From Verrucomicrobiota bacterium (GTDB taxonomy: Bacteria; Verrucomicrobiota; Verrucomicrobiia; Opitutales; Coraliomargaritaceae): a stretch of 64,000 nt of DNA. Positions 7,885 to 17,257 of the stretch are shown here, one piece after another. The notes beneath the pieces are model-generated. The model was given only the letters and a program-made list of their open reading frames with translations. It was not told the origin of the DNA and made no database searches. The stretch covers positions 6,246-70,245 of the forward strand of contig JAURBE010000001.1 in assembly GCA_030829145.1 (NCBI GenBank), given 5' to 3'. The first letter of the stretch is position 1; the number at the start of each line of letters is the position of its first letter. The translations under genes were made by a program, and so were the position numbers.

Positions 7885-10158
7885 TTACCACTTGCCCAGA
7901 TTCAGCGCATTCAGATCTTTCAGCCCGGCTTCGGACACCTTGCCATCAAAGGCGCGGATCGCATGGCGCAGATTACGAATCGCGACGGCATACGGTTGTT
8001 CTTCGACGGGCTGTTTCACCACGGCACGCGCATCTTTAAGCGCTTGAGTGAGCACAGTCACATCGACGCCTTGCTGCATCAATTTTCCGCGCGCTTCATG
8101 CCCGACCTTGATCAACGACAGCAAGCCTGGCTTGTAAGCAAATCCATCTGTGAGCTCGAGGGTCACTGCGCCATCAATGCGCACCTTGCCAACCGGTGGC
8201 ACTGGCTCGGAATACACCAAATAGTTATTTGCATCGATCAAGCAAAACACACCGTGCGTCATCCCCGGAGGGGCAATGGCTTCCACCCGACCATCGGTCA
8301 ATTTCGCCGGTGCCCGGTCCCACTCTTCGAGGCGAGGCGCACGATACTTGAGCTCGGTGCCGCCGTTGAGGCTATACACCAAAAACGCATCCACGACTTT
8401 TGACTTTCCAGTGGTATCGAAGGTCGCCCAAATTTGTGTGTGCTCACTGCCCAGGGCAGTCACGACCGGCACATCCTGCTGCCCTTCTAGCGCCTCCCCG
8501 GAATCGGGATTCAAATACGGCACCCGCGCATCGTTGCCCGCCATCCAAGTGGTCAGATCTCCCAGCAACTGTTGCGTCATTTCAGGATATTGATCCACCA
8601 AGTTGTTGGCTTCGCCAATATCATTGCGCGTGCCATCTTCGTTGTAGAGCTTGAACAATTGTAAGTCCGGCGCTTCGGTCAGTCGGGGGCCCGTATTCTT
8701 CATCAGCTTCCAGCCTTTGCGCTGAATCACCGAAAAGGATTTATCATCGGCGGGATGGTGAAAAAACAACGTGTCACGCGCAGTGCCATCGGCGAATTTC
8801 GCTTCGCTTGCCTGGCCTTGAATGACCGGTAAAATATTACACCCGTCCAGATCCAATGCAGGGTCTGGTTGCATGCCGCCCATCGCCATGAAGGTGGGAA
8901 AAAGATCCAACAGTGTCACGGGGGTCGTTTCGTTGACCGAGCCTGGCTGCACGCCTGGGCCAATCACAATGAATGGTATTTTAACGCCGCCCTCATACAT
9001 CCAACTCTTCCCTTCACGTAGCGGCGCATTGTCTGTGACCTTCTCGAAGCGACGCTTGCCGTCGGCACTCGCCCAGGTCGCCAGGCGCTGCGAGCCGCCA
9101 TTGTCGGAGCTGATAATCAAATAGGTATTATCGATCAACTTGTGGCCCGGATTGCGTGGATCATCGATGGACTCCAGCGTCTGAACCACTTTGCTGACCA
9201 TCCAGTCGACCGAATCGACCATGCTCGCATAATACGGATTGTTTTGCCCGGGCGCATCGGGATCCGCAATCGAACCGGAGTCGGTCGGAAAATCGATGCC
9301 GAGCTTTTCACAATAATACGCCAAGCGCTTGCGGTCGCGCGTCATGATCGGGCCATGCACCAGCTTAGGGCAAAAATTCAGGAAGAACGGCTGATCCTGA
9401 CGGCCGACCTTATTCAACCACCGCAACGAAATATCCGTCAGGCTATCATAGGGCCGCTCATCATCGATCAACGGCAAAAACAACGGATTATCAAAGTCCG
9501 TCAGGCGGTTGTTGCGAGGCTGCGAAAAGATGCCCTCCTTGTTGTTGATCTTCTTATCCTTGGGATCGACGATCTCCGGATCATTATACACATGATCACG
9601 GCCATAGGAAAAATCAAAGCCCAGCTGCAGCGGGGTCGGCACCATGTTTTCCCCACACACATGCCACTTGCCCACATGCGCAGTGGTATAGCCCGCCTTC
9701 TTCAATTCCTGTGGAATAATAGTCTTGGACGGATCGAGCCGTGCGGAATAGTATGGGGTCAACTCAGGACGCTCGCCCCATGCGCGTGGCACGCGACTGC
9801 CTTTGACATGATAGACGCCATTTTTCACGCCAAACTGACCGCTCAAATACGCAGCCCGCGAGGGCGAACACGTCGGCGACGGCGAGTAGGCCTGCATAAA
9901 GCGAATGCCCCGCTCCGCCACGCGGTCAATATTCGGCGTCTCATACAGCCCCGGCTCAGCATGCAGCGCGTCATAATAACACGCGACATCCTGCCAGCCG
10001 AGGTCATCGACGAGGATGTGCACAATGTTTGGTTGCGACCGTTCGACTACGCTCACGGCAGGCAGGCTCACAACAGGTGGCTTCGCATTCGCGAGCACAG
10101 GGGCCGTGGCAACACTCAGGCCGACGACGGCACAGATTGAATAAAAGGTGTTCTTCAT
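7885..10158 (-). CDS. Secreted S1 sulfatase, paralogue of 938-3136
   Basis: Likely start MKNTFY at 10158. PNIVHILVDDLG, CSPSR, GKWH; shares DDPRNPGHKLI.NTY and the C-terminal extension with the first sulfatase. Confidence 0.95.
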   Translation of the reverse strand: MKNTFYSICAVVGLSVATAPVLANAKPPVVSLPAVSVVERSQPNIVHILVDDLGWQDVACYYDALHAEPGLYETPNIDRVAERGIRFMQAYSPSPTCSPSRAAYLSGQFGVKNGVYHVKGSRVPRAWGERPELTPYYSARLDPSKTIIPQELKKAGYTTAHVGKWHVCGENMVPTPLQLGFDFSYGRDHVYNDPEIVDPKDKKINNKEGIFSQPRNNRLTDFDNPLFLPLIDDERPYDSLTDISLRWLNKVGRQDQPFFLNFCPKLVHGPIMTRDRKRLAYYCEKLGIDFPTDSGSIADPDAPGQNNPYYASMVDSVDWMVSKVVQTLESIDDPRNPGHKLIDNTYLIISSDNGGSQRLATWASADGKRRFEKVTDNAPLREGKSWMYEGGVKIPFIVIGPGVQPGSVNETTPVTLLDLFPTFMAMGGMQPDPALDLDGCNILPVIQGQASEAKFADGTARDTLFFHHPADDKSFSVIQRKGWKLMKNTGPRLTEAPDLQLFKLYNEDGTRNDIGEANNLVDQYPEMTQQLLGDLTTWMAGNDARVPYLNPDSGEALEGQQDVPVVTALGSEHTQIWATFDTTGKSKVVDAFLVYSLNGGTELKYRAPRLEEWDRAPAKLTDGRVEAIAPPGMTHGVFCLIDANNYLVYSEPVPPVGKVRIDGAVTLELTDGFAYKPGLLSLIKVGHEARGKLMQQGVDVTVLTQALKDARAVVKQPVEEQPYAVAIRNLRHAIRAFDGKVSEAGLKDLNALNLGKW

Positions 10159-10260
10159 ATGACTGATAAAATAACAGAAATTCGTTGTAGTCACTACGTC
10201 CCGAATGCGCACGCAGTCTGTTCAAATATGCACGCTATTCTACACCTGCTGGATTGTTTG

Positions 10261-10284
10261 ACTACCCTCCATTTAGAGGGGAAA
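10261..10284. promoter_or_regulatory. Palindromic operator copy 3
   Basis: ACTACCCT-CCATTTAG-AGGGGAAA, about 100 bp upstream of ATG 10158. Confidence 0.7.
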
Positions 10285-10330
10285 CCAGCGATGCTGGTGT
10301 GGAAAGGGTATGAAGGCGGGAAAAGTTGCC

Positions 10331-10382
10331 AGCTCCTTCCCTGCGAAGGGAAGGTGGCTCGCGAAGCGAGACGGAAGGGTTC
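10331..10382 (+). repeat. Solo copy of the REP-like repeat that flanks the DUF559 gene
   Basis: CTCCTTCCCTGCGAAGGGAAGGTGG-CTCGCGAAGCGAG-ACGGAAGGGTT matches ~7203-7254. Confidence 0.8.
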
Positions 10383-10573
10383 TTGCCGAGCATGTTGCAC
10401 GTATCCAAAGACCACCAGGACCTTGAGCCCTGTCGAAACGGCTCACATTTGGATTTCAACCACCCGCGCCCTGCGGTCATTAGTGAGCACATGTGTAGAC
10501 GCAAATAAGTGCTCTGATTTCCGATTGCCGTTAACAGCTTGATTTTTCAAGTATTCTGACCCATTGATAGTAT

Positions 10574-10795
10574 ATGAATCGAATCGAATGGTCTGCGGAT
10601 GTTTGTAATGGGAAGCCTGTTGTGCAAGGCACACGAATTACTGTGCAAACTGTATTATCACACCTGAGTGCGGGCGATTCCACTGAAGAAGTGCTGGAGG
10701 CATTTCCTCAACTGTGCCGTGATGATGTTTTAGCTTGCTTGTCCTATGCGGCTCGGGTCGGAGAAATTCATTCCAGTATCGAGCTTGTTTCATGA
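10574..10795 (+). CDS. DUF433 family antitoxin
   Basis: VCNGKPVVQGTRITVQTVL..L..GDS.EEVL..FPQL...DVLACL.YA. Confidence 0.9.
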   Translation: MNRIEWSADVCNGKPVVQGTRITVQTVLSHLSAGDSTEEVLEAFPQLCRDDVLACLSYAARVGEIHSSIELVS

Positions 10796-11142
10796 GTCGA
10801 TTGTTGATTGACGAGAACCTACCGTTTTCGCTCGTTCGGCTTCTGAAAGTGGATTGTGTGCATGCTTCTGAAATTGCAGCTCAGGCTTCGGATACGTTAT
10901 TGTGGAACACGGCTCGCCAAAATAATTGGAGGGTCCTGACGCGAAACACTGACTTCTTCGATCGCTTACTGGTGCATGGCGCACCACCTAAAGTAATTTG
11001 GGTGCGTTTGGGGAATATTCGCAAGAATGCTTTGATTGAGCTGTTGCTCTCGCGCTGGCCTGCGGTGCAGTTGATGCTGGAATCAAATGATTTAGTTGAA
11101 GTATACCATGATCGTTTGGAGGCCTTGAGCTTTCCTCGGTAA
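10792..11142 (+). CDS. DUF5615 family PIN-like toxin
   Basis: ATGA overlap with DUF433 gene; LLIDENLP...SD..LW..A...VLTRNTDF...PPKVIWVRLGN. Confidence 0.85.
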   Translation: MSRLLIDENLPFSLVRLLKVDCVHASEIAAQASDTLLWNTARQNNWRVLTRNTDFFDRLLVHGAPPKVIWVRLGNIRKNALIELLLSRWPAVQLMLESNDLVEVYHDRLEALSFPR

Positions 11143-11386
11143 GCGAGCCTCCAGCAAAGCTGCAGTTCACCGCAGTCTACCGCGTGGGGCGCAGCTCTTT
11201 ACGCGGTGGAGCGACTTGTGAGGCGCAGTGTTACGACGTGTGGGCGTAGTATGACGAAGCCCCAAGTCTGCTGGAGATGGCGTCGCAAGTTGGTTCTTCG
11301 ACATTTTCAGTGGATCATCCTGGATTTGAGGGTTCAACCAAGGCCGTAGACTTACGCTCGACGATATGGGAAAGGAATGAATGTTC

Positions 11387-11486
11387 ACAACCGCTTCGCT
11401 AGAGAGGGGAGTTTTAGGAGAAGAAAGAAAACCTCACGGTATAAGCTCCCCCCCCTCGCCCTTGGGCTCTCTAGCGAAGCGGTTGT
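11387..11486. repeat. 100-bp element with perfect 20-bp terminal inverted repeats (MITE-like)
   Basis: ACAACCGCTTCGCTAGAGAG (11387-11406) / CTCTCTAGCGAAGCGGTTGT (11467-11486). Confidence 0.7.
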
Positions 11487-11708
11487 AAAAACAAACTGAT
11501 CCAAGGAAAGATAAAGCACTTAAACTCCAAGAGCTACGTAGGTTAAGAAGTGGGAAGCGTTGCGCGCTGTTGGTGCCCTCCCCTGAACACATCAAAGTCG
11601 CTCCGTGTCTTCGTGTCTCCGTGTGAAAACCTCATCCTGCCAGCTCTGCGATCAACGGCGAGCACGACGTGATACAGAACAACCGCCTCAGCCCTGCCCG
11701 ACACACGC

Positions 11709-11740
11709 AAAAAAACGCCCGGATTGCTCCGGGTGTCTTC
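11709..11740 (-). terminator. Intrinsic terminator of the PEP-CTERM gene
   Basis: Minus strand GACACCCGGAGCAATCCGGGCG followed by a T7 tract. Confidence 0.75.
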
Positions 11741-11788
11741 CCCTAATATAAATCGGTTCCCCAACCGATTCCCCTATAATATGAAAAA

Positions 11789-12559
11789 CTATGCGCGACG
11801 ACGGCGAACCATCACGTAACCGAGCGCCAGCATGCCGCCGATGAGCGCGTAAGTGCCGGGTTCTGGGACGACGTTCAGCGTGATGTTGCTACCGGTGGTG
11901 TAATCAAGCGTGTAATCAACGCCTTCGGTAAGAGTTCCCGAACTATCAGTCACTGTGACACTAGCAAATGTGTTAGACAAAGAGCCGCCCGTGTAGTCCA
12001 CTAGTGTCAGCGAACTAGCCCCTACAATAGTGTAGGCAGTCAGATCAACAGTCAAGTTGTCTGCCCCAACATCAAACGTATTTGCGTTGCTCCACGTCGT
12101 GACACTCGTAGCATCAGCGATGTATTTAATGTCGGCCGAAATGTTGGCCAATCCATAATATCCCGTATTCAGACTGGCACCAGCGTAGATATTAAAATCG
12201 CCACCAGCAGTGAAACGAGGCCGCATGAAAGCGATGTCCATGGTGCCTCCTGTTGCCAAGGTCAAAACAGAATCAGACTGTAAGACCAATTCATCATCTA
12301 AGGCCGTGGCCGTCGAAGTCAGGGATGCTCCGTTTTCGATAGTCCACGCGTAATCCAGCCGGCTCTGTGCCGTCGTTGTGAGAACGACGGAGTCACCGTC
12401 TTGCGGGCCATTTGCAGGATCACCGACCCAGTTGGCTCCGTCAGACCAATTGTCATTCCCAGCGCCGTCATCCCAGGTAATCGTCACGGCCTGCGCAGTA
12501 GTGAACGATAAACCAGCGAGGGCGCTGAGTGCGAATAGAGTCTTTGTGGTTGTTTTCAT
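11789..12559 (-). CDS. PEP-CTERM sorting-domain surface protein
   Basis: Signal peptide; C-terminus VPEPGTYALIGGMLALGYVMVRRRRA. Confidence 0.95.
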   Translation of the reverse strand: MKTTTKTLFALSALAGLSFTTAQAVTITWDDGAGNDNWSDGANWVGDPANGPQDGDSVVLTTTAQSRLDYAWTIENGASLTSTATALDDELVLQSDSVLTLATGGTMDIAFMRPRFTAGGDFNIYAGASLNTGYYGLANISADIKYIADATSVTTWSNANTFDVGADNLTVDLTAYTIVGASSLTLVDYTGGSLSNTFASVTVTDSSGTLTEGVDYTLDYTTGSNITLNVVPEPGTYALIGGMLALGYVMVRRRRA

Positions 12560-12643
12560 ATGTATTTTTTAGGGTATTGGGAGGTTCCATTCAGAGGTTC
12601 TGACAGGTTTGAAAGCACTACTATGGCGCTTTTATTTATTTTG

Positions 12644-12667
12644 AATACCCTACATTTAGAGGGTAGT
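12644..12667. promoter_or_regulatory. Palindromic operator copy 4
   Basis: AATACCCT-ACATTTAG-AGGGTAGT. Confidence 0.7.
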
Positions 12668-12877
12668 GAGCAGGTTTTTGGATGTGGCCGGCATAAAAAA
12701 CCCTTATTATAGGTTGTGGTGCATGCTTCTCCTGCTTGCAGGCGGGCATGCCCTCGACAACGTAAAACAGGCTCTCTTCGAGAAGCCCGTTCCACAACAG
12801 AGTCGAACTTCATTCCATCTCAGAGATTCACTACCGATGCGCCCATTTCACGCGAATCGACGAGGCACCTTAAAGTG

Positions 12878-12953
12878 ACCGCAGATGCACGCCGATTCAC
12901 GCAGATTAAAGCAACCTATTGAGCATCTGCGTGCATCCGCGTGCATCTGCGGT
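12878..12953. repeat. Hairpin whose arms are three ~10-bp units (CGCAGAT type)
   Basis: ACCGCAGATGCACGCCGATTCACGCAGAT / ATCTGCGTGCATCCGCGTGCATCTGCGGT. Confidence 0.8.
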
Positions 12954-13073
12954 TAAATAAATCAGGCACGAGATGATCGACTGATCTTCAAAGAAGTTGC
13001 CCGACCAATCGTTTTAGCTGGGGGGCAATGCTCCCACGGTCGCCAAGGCTATGCGGCCGCCCTGGCACACTGC

Positions 13074-13147
13074 GGACCACGCGGAGGTGGTCCCTCCCTC
13101 AGAGTCAATGCTTTGGGTTGATCGGAGGGATGGCCTCCGCGCCGTCC
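13074..13147. repeat. GGAG-type REP doublet (divergent)
   Basis: GGAGGGACCACCTCCGCGTGGTCC (-) and GGAGGGATGGCCTCCGCGCCGTCC (+). Confidence 0.8.
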
Positions 13148-13182
13148 GCCGAGTCAGGTATATAAACCAACACGACGCTATT

Positions 13183-13263
13183 TCTCACACGGAGGCGCGG
13201 AGACACGGAGGCTCTTCCAATGCACTATCCAAAAGCTCCGTGTCTTTGTGCCTCCGTGTGAGA
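13183..13263. repeat. Hairpin whose arms are three ~9-bp units (CACGGAG type)
   Basis: TCTCACACGGAGGCGCGGAGACACGGAG / CTCCGTGTCTTTGTGCCTCCGTGTGAGA; partial copies at 11601-11628 and 62230-62335. Confidence 0.8.
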
Positions 13264-13304
13264 CCATTTGTGCCGCCTGCATCGGGTATCTCGGCGCTTT
13301 AGCT

Positions 13305-13389
13305 GGAGGGCAATGCTCCGTCATTGCCACCGAACCGAAGCCATCAGCACCGCCCATCCTGACGCGGAAACGACGGAGCGTTTCCCTCC
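13305..13389. repeat. GGAG-type REP doublet (REPIN-like)
   Basis: GGAGGGCAATGCTCCGTCATTGCC (+) and GGAGGGAAACGCTCCGTCGTTTCC (-). Confidence 0.8.
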
Positions 13390-13410
13390 ACTAAAAATCT
13401 GTCGTCAGAA

Positions 13411-15108
13411 TCACTCCACCGTTGCTTTAAAAAGCGATGCGGGCAGTCCCTCTTTGTTGTAGAGATTGGCGCCTTCGGGATTGGCCGACCAGGCGTAGCG
13501 CACCTCGACTGGCGCTGGAATGTTCGGGTGCCACACGGCCACCGTATCAGCGCCGACGATTTTCGCTTCGGCCCATTGCCACTGTTTGTCTGCACCACGA
13601 ATCTGAAAACGTTGCAGTGGCACCTGCACGGCTTCTGTCGGCTCCATCAAATACTTATTGCCGACCATCAAGCCCGAACCGACATGATCAAAGGTGACTA
13701 TGACTCGGATACCGTCGACGTGGGCACTGTTGTAGAGCGGACCGCTACAAACCAGTTCTTGTCCATAGGCCTGCTTTAATGCCCAGAGTGCCAGGCGTTT
13801 ACCGGCACCCACTTTATTCTTGGGATGTATATTATTGGCCTCACCGATATCATTGAGCACGGCCATACCGGTATCGTCTGTCAGCGCCAGCACCTCGCGC
13901 TGCTGGTTTTGAATCTCCGCCCAATTGTCCTGATCAATAGGCTCCGCGTTGGCCGCGTGCTTGTTGGCCAGCTGACACCAGATAAAGTAGAACGTCTCTT
14001 GCCCCCAATGTGAGCGCCAGCCGTTGATCAAGGCCAGCATACTGTCGCGGTAATGCTCCGTGCGGTAGTTCGTGTTGCTCTCGCCCTGATACCAGATGGT
14101 GCCCTGCATGGCATAGGGTGCCAGTGAATGGATAAATCCATTATAGAGCGCGGCCGGTATCCGGTTGGCGTTGAACGTGTCGGACGGCTTGCGCGGTGCT
14201 CGCTTCCCCGCCGCCTTGGCCGCTGCGGCCTGCTGCTTCCATACGGCCAGCTTCTTTTGATAAGCGGCCTGGTGTTGCTTCATCGCTGCAGGAGCGAGTT
14301 TTGCGGTTTCGTTTTCGTAGAACGCTTTGCCCTCCGCGGTGTTCAAGTATTCGCGCTTCGGAATCCATGGCTCAATTTCGGTGCCACCACGGTTACTGTA
14401 AACAAGACCGACAGGCACCCCGAGTTGCGTGCGCAGTTCACGTCCGAAGAAATAGCCCGTTCCAGAGAAATCGCCCGTGTTGCCCTGCACTGCCGCAAGC
14501 CAGCCCGACTTGCCGCGAATGCTAGTCACCTCCTTGCCGGGAGACGCCACGCCTACGACCGCAAACTGCCGGAGTAGCGGATCGTTAGCTGTTTGAATTT
14601 CATTATGCAGGTAGTCCGCCAACGGCTCGTATTCAGATTGTGGATTCGGTTTCGCAGTCAATTTGCTCAGCGTCCACGCCATGTTCGACTGACCGGCACA
14701 CAGCCAGACTTCGCCCACTAGGACATTGGAAACCTGAAAGCTAGAACCTGACACTTGAGAGGAGATGACCATGGTGCGGGATTCGGCGGAGGCCTTCATC
14801 GGGCTAAGCTTCGCCATCCATTTGCCAGCTTGATCGACTGTGGCTGTTGTTTCCTGCCCACCGAAGTTCACCTGGATCGTGTCACCCGCGGAGGCATTTC
14901 CCCAGACCGGCACATCCATTTGCTGTTGCAGCACCATACCGTCTGTAAAAATCTCGGCGGCGGATAGATCGGCGGCATCGCTAATGTTCGCCAGAAAAAG
15001 TGAAGTCAGGGCAAACAGGCTGCCGATGGAGCGTCGTATTGTTTTCAAAAGAATTTGTTGATTCGCAATGCACCGGGACGATTGAGCACCCTCCCACATG
15101 TGTGGCAC
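13411..15108 (-). CDS. Sialate O-acetylesterase (SASA) family carbohydrate esterase; start uncertain, possibly TTG ~15048
   Basis: FTDGMVLQQ, VLVGEVWLCAGQSNM, IWYQGESN, IHPKNK, LYNKEGLPASLF. Confidence 0.92.
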   Translation of the reverse strand: MPHMWEGAQSSRCIANQQILLKTIRRSIGSLFALTSLFLANISDAADLSAAEIFTDGMVLQQQMDVPVWGNASAGDTIQVNFGGQETTATVDQAGKWMAKLSPMKASAESRTMVISSQVSGSSFQVSNVLVGEVWLCAGQSNMAWTLSKLTAKPNPQSEYEPLADYLHNEIQTANDPLLRQFAVVGVASPGKEVTSIRGKSGWLAAVQGNTGDFSGTGYFFGRELRTQLGVPVGLVYSNRGGTEIEPWIPKREYLNTAEGKAFYENETAKLAPAAMKQHQAAYQKKLAVWKQQAAAAKAAGKRAPRKPSDTFNANRIPAALYNGFIHSLAPYAMQGTIWYQGESNTNYRTEHYRDSMLALINGWRSHWGQETFYFIWCQLANKHAANAEPIDQDNWAEIQNQQREVLALTDDTGMAVLNDIGEANNIHPKNKVGAGKRLALWALKQAYGQELVCSGPLYNSAHVDGIRVIVTFDHVGSGLMVGNKYLMEPTEAVQVPLQRFQIRGADKQWQWAEAKIVGADTVAVWHPNIPAPVEVRYAWSANPEGANLYNKEGLPASLFKATVE

Positions 15109-15135
15109 CGATCATACGCCCCGCCTTCCTTTTTG

Positions 15136-15159
15136 ACTACCCTCTGTTTATAGGGTGGT
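15136..15159. promoter_or_regulatory. Palindromic operator copy 5, between divergent esterase and sensor kinase
   Basis: ACTACCCT-CTGTTTAT-AGGGTGGT. Confidence 0.7.
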
Positions 15160-15268
15160 CGTAACCTATCTGCTACGCTATCTTACTAAAAACAGAATGA
15201 CTCCGGCTTGCCTGAGCCCGTCAACCGAACGAAGTATTCCCCTACCTCCGCCCCCGTATCTCGAACGC

Positions 15269-17257
15269 ATGAAGCTTAAACAAAATAGCACCGCCATACT
15301 GCTACTGCTGGCAGGCTGTTTCCCCGCGTTGACCTTCGGCGAAGCGCAGAACACGCCCCCAGCGGACCTGCACAACGCCTCTCTCTCGCAACTGCAGCAA
15401 CGTGCCGCAGCAATTGATACCGAGCTCGACGAGCTGGCACACTACAGCCTGCGCAGCGGCGTCGGATCGATCGGCTACCGTTCCGATGTTCATTTAGAAG
15501 CCGAGCACACGGAGTGGGTGCAAATTCAATTGGAAGCGGACACCCCCATTGATCAAATCGTGCTGGTGCCCTCCATCTGGCGCGACACGAAAGCCGGCTT
15601 CAAAGCCGATGGCTTCCCCTTACAATTCCGGATTATAGCGGGCACAAAAAAAGACGCAGAAGGCACCGTCATCGCCTCATTCAACGGGGATTCAACAATC
15701 CTGCCACGCATCGCCCCCTTGCTCATCCCTTGCGCAACCACGGCGTCTTGGGTGCGGGTGGAGGCCTCGGTATTGTCACCGCGCAAGTTTGACGGAAAAT
15801 ATAACCTGGAGCTGTCTGAAATCATGATTTTCAACGGTGCGACGAATGTGGCACTGCATCAACCGGTGACAACCTCATCGATCATTATTAAAGACAGCGG
15901 TGCGCGCAAAAAGGGCTATCTGGTCGATGGGTTCACGCCCTTTCTAATGGATGCGGGCCGCGGTGAGGGCACGGTCGCCTTTATCGGAGTGGCTCGCATC
16001 GATGCGCAGCCTTTCATCACCATCGATCTCGAACGCACATATTCCTTGGATCGCATCCAGCTGCATGCGATCGACTTTAACGACACCATCCCCCAATCCA
16101 CACCGGCGGGCTACGGCCAGCCCAACCGACTACTGGTCGAAGGTGCTCTAAAGGCCGATTTCTCCGATGCGGTGCCACTGACTAAATATCGTAGAGGGTC
16201 GATCTATGATGTGGGGCCGATTCTCACCCAGCGATTCCCGGAGACTCCGTGCCGCTATGTGCGCCTCACGGCTCTGGAGCCCTATGTGTTCGATGAAGAC
16301 AATGAGCACCAGGCTAGAGTGGGATTCGCTGAAATTGAACTATTTTCTGGCAATCAAAATGTGGCACTCCACAAACCAGCGACCACTCACTTACTCGACG
16401 GCACGGGGCGCTCCATCGCCGCGTTGACGGACGGCACCAACCTGTATGGCCAAATCCTACCCGTTCGACAATGGGTGGAGGAACTGGCGCATCGTCATAA
16501 CTTGGAAAACGAACGCCCTCAAGTCGCTGCCGAACTGAATCGCCGCTATGCCCGCCAGAAAATCATGCTGCAGATTTTCATCTGGTTGACAGTGCTATTG
16601 GTGGTAGGGATCGGCTTCATCATTCTAATCGAACGCACCCGCCGAATACGCAAAATCTCCCGTATCAAAGAGCGCTTTGCGGCTGACCTGCACGACGAGC
16701 TAGGCGCGAACCTACATACCATCGGACTACTCAGCGACCTGTCCAAAGAGTTGATGCATTCGCCCGACAAACTAAGCAAATTACTCGATCGTATCCGCAC
16801 CTTCACCGAACGCAGTGGCACCGCAGCGCGCTACTGCACCAACATGCTCGAAGCCAAAGGTATCTGTGAAGATCTCGTCGAAGAAATGAACCGCTCGTCC
16901 AGGCGACTCCTTTCGGACCTGGACTATCACATCGAGTTTTCAGGCGAAGCACTCTTAGAAGATCTCAAGCCCCGTGTGCGCATCGATATTTTTCTGTTCT
17001 TCAAAGAATGCCTGATCAATATCCTGCGCCACTCCGGAGCCACCAAGGTCTCAATACGCTTAGTCGCGACCCCAAAGGATATCTGCCTAACGATTACCGA
17101 TAATGGACACGGCATCGATTCTGGAAAAGACCAAGTCCCCGCTTCAAGTCGACGCCGAGCACGCCTCTTAAGGGCCAGCGTCACAGCCGAGCACCCGAAA
17201 GAAGGCGGCACCTGCATCCACCTGTCCGTAAAACGCCACAAATTTAGAATCCTATAA
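15269..17257 (+). CDS. Sensor histidine kinase (HisKA_3) with periplasmic discoidin/F5-8C-like domains
   Basis: Signal peptide from MKLKQN; NVALHQP/NVALHKP repeats; TM helix; ERFAADLHDELG; NILRHS; ITDNGHG. Confidence 0.9.
   Translation: MKLKQNSTAILLLLAGCFPALTFGEAQNTPPADLHNASLSQLQQRAAAIDTELDELAHYSLRSGVGSIGYRSDVHLEAEHTEWVQIQLEADTPIDQIVLVPSIWRDTKAGFKADGFPLQFRIIAGTKKDAEGTVIASFNGDSTILPRIAPLLIPCATTASWVRVEASVLSPRKFDGKYNLELSEIMIFNGATNVALHQPVTTSSIIIKDSGARKKGYLVDGFTPFLMDAGRGEGTVAFIGVARIDAQPFITIDLERTYSLDRIQLHAIDFNDTIPQSTPAGYGQPNRLLVEGALKADFSDAVPLTKYRRGSIYDVGPILTQRFPETPCRYVRLTALEPYVFDEDNEHQARVGFAEIELFSGNQNVALHKPATTHLLDGTGRSIAALTDGTNLYGQILPVRQWVEELAHRHNLENERPQVAAELNRRYARQKIMLQIFIWLTVLLVVGIGFIILIERTRRIRKISRIKERFAADLHDELGANLHTIGLLSDLSKELMHSPDKLSKLLDRIRTFTERSGTAARYCTNMLEAKGICEDLVEEMNRSSRRLLSDLDYHIEFSGEALLEDLKPRVRIDIFLFFKECLINILRHSGATKVSIRLVATPKDICLTITDNGHGIDSGKDQVPASSRRRARLLRASVTAEHPKEGGTCIHLSVKRHKFRIL

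Noticed and set aside
9142-10140. 332-aa plus-strand ORF
   Set aside because: Antisense shadow of the second sulfatase.
12556-13462. Short ORFs in the repeat-rich intergenic region
   Set aside because: Explained by palindromic repeats; no protein motifs.
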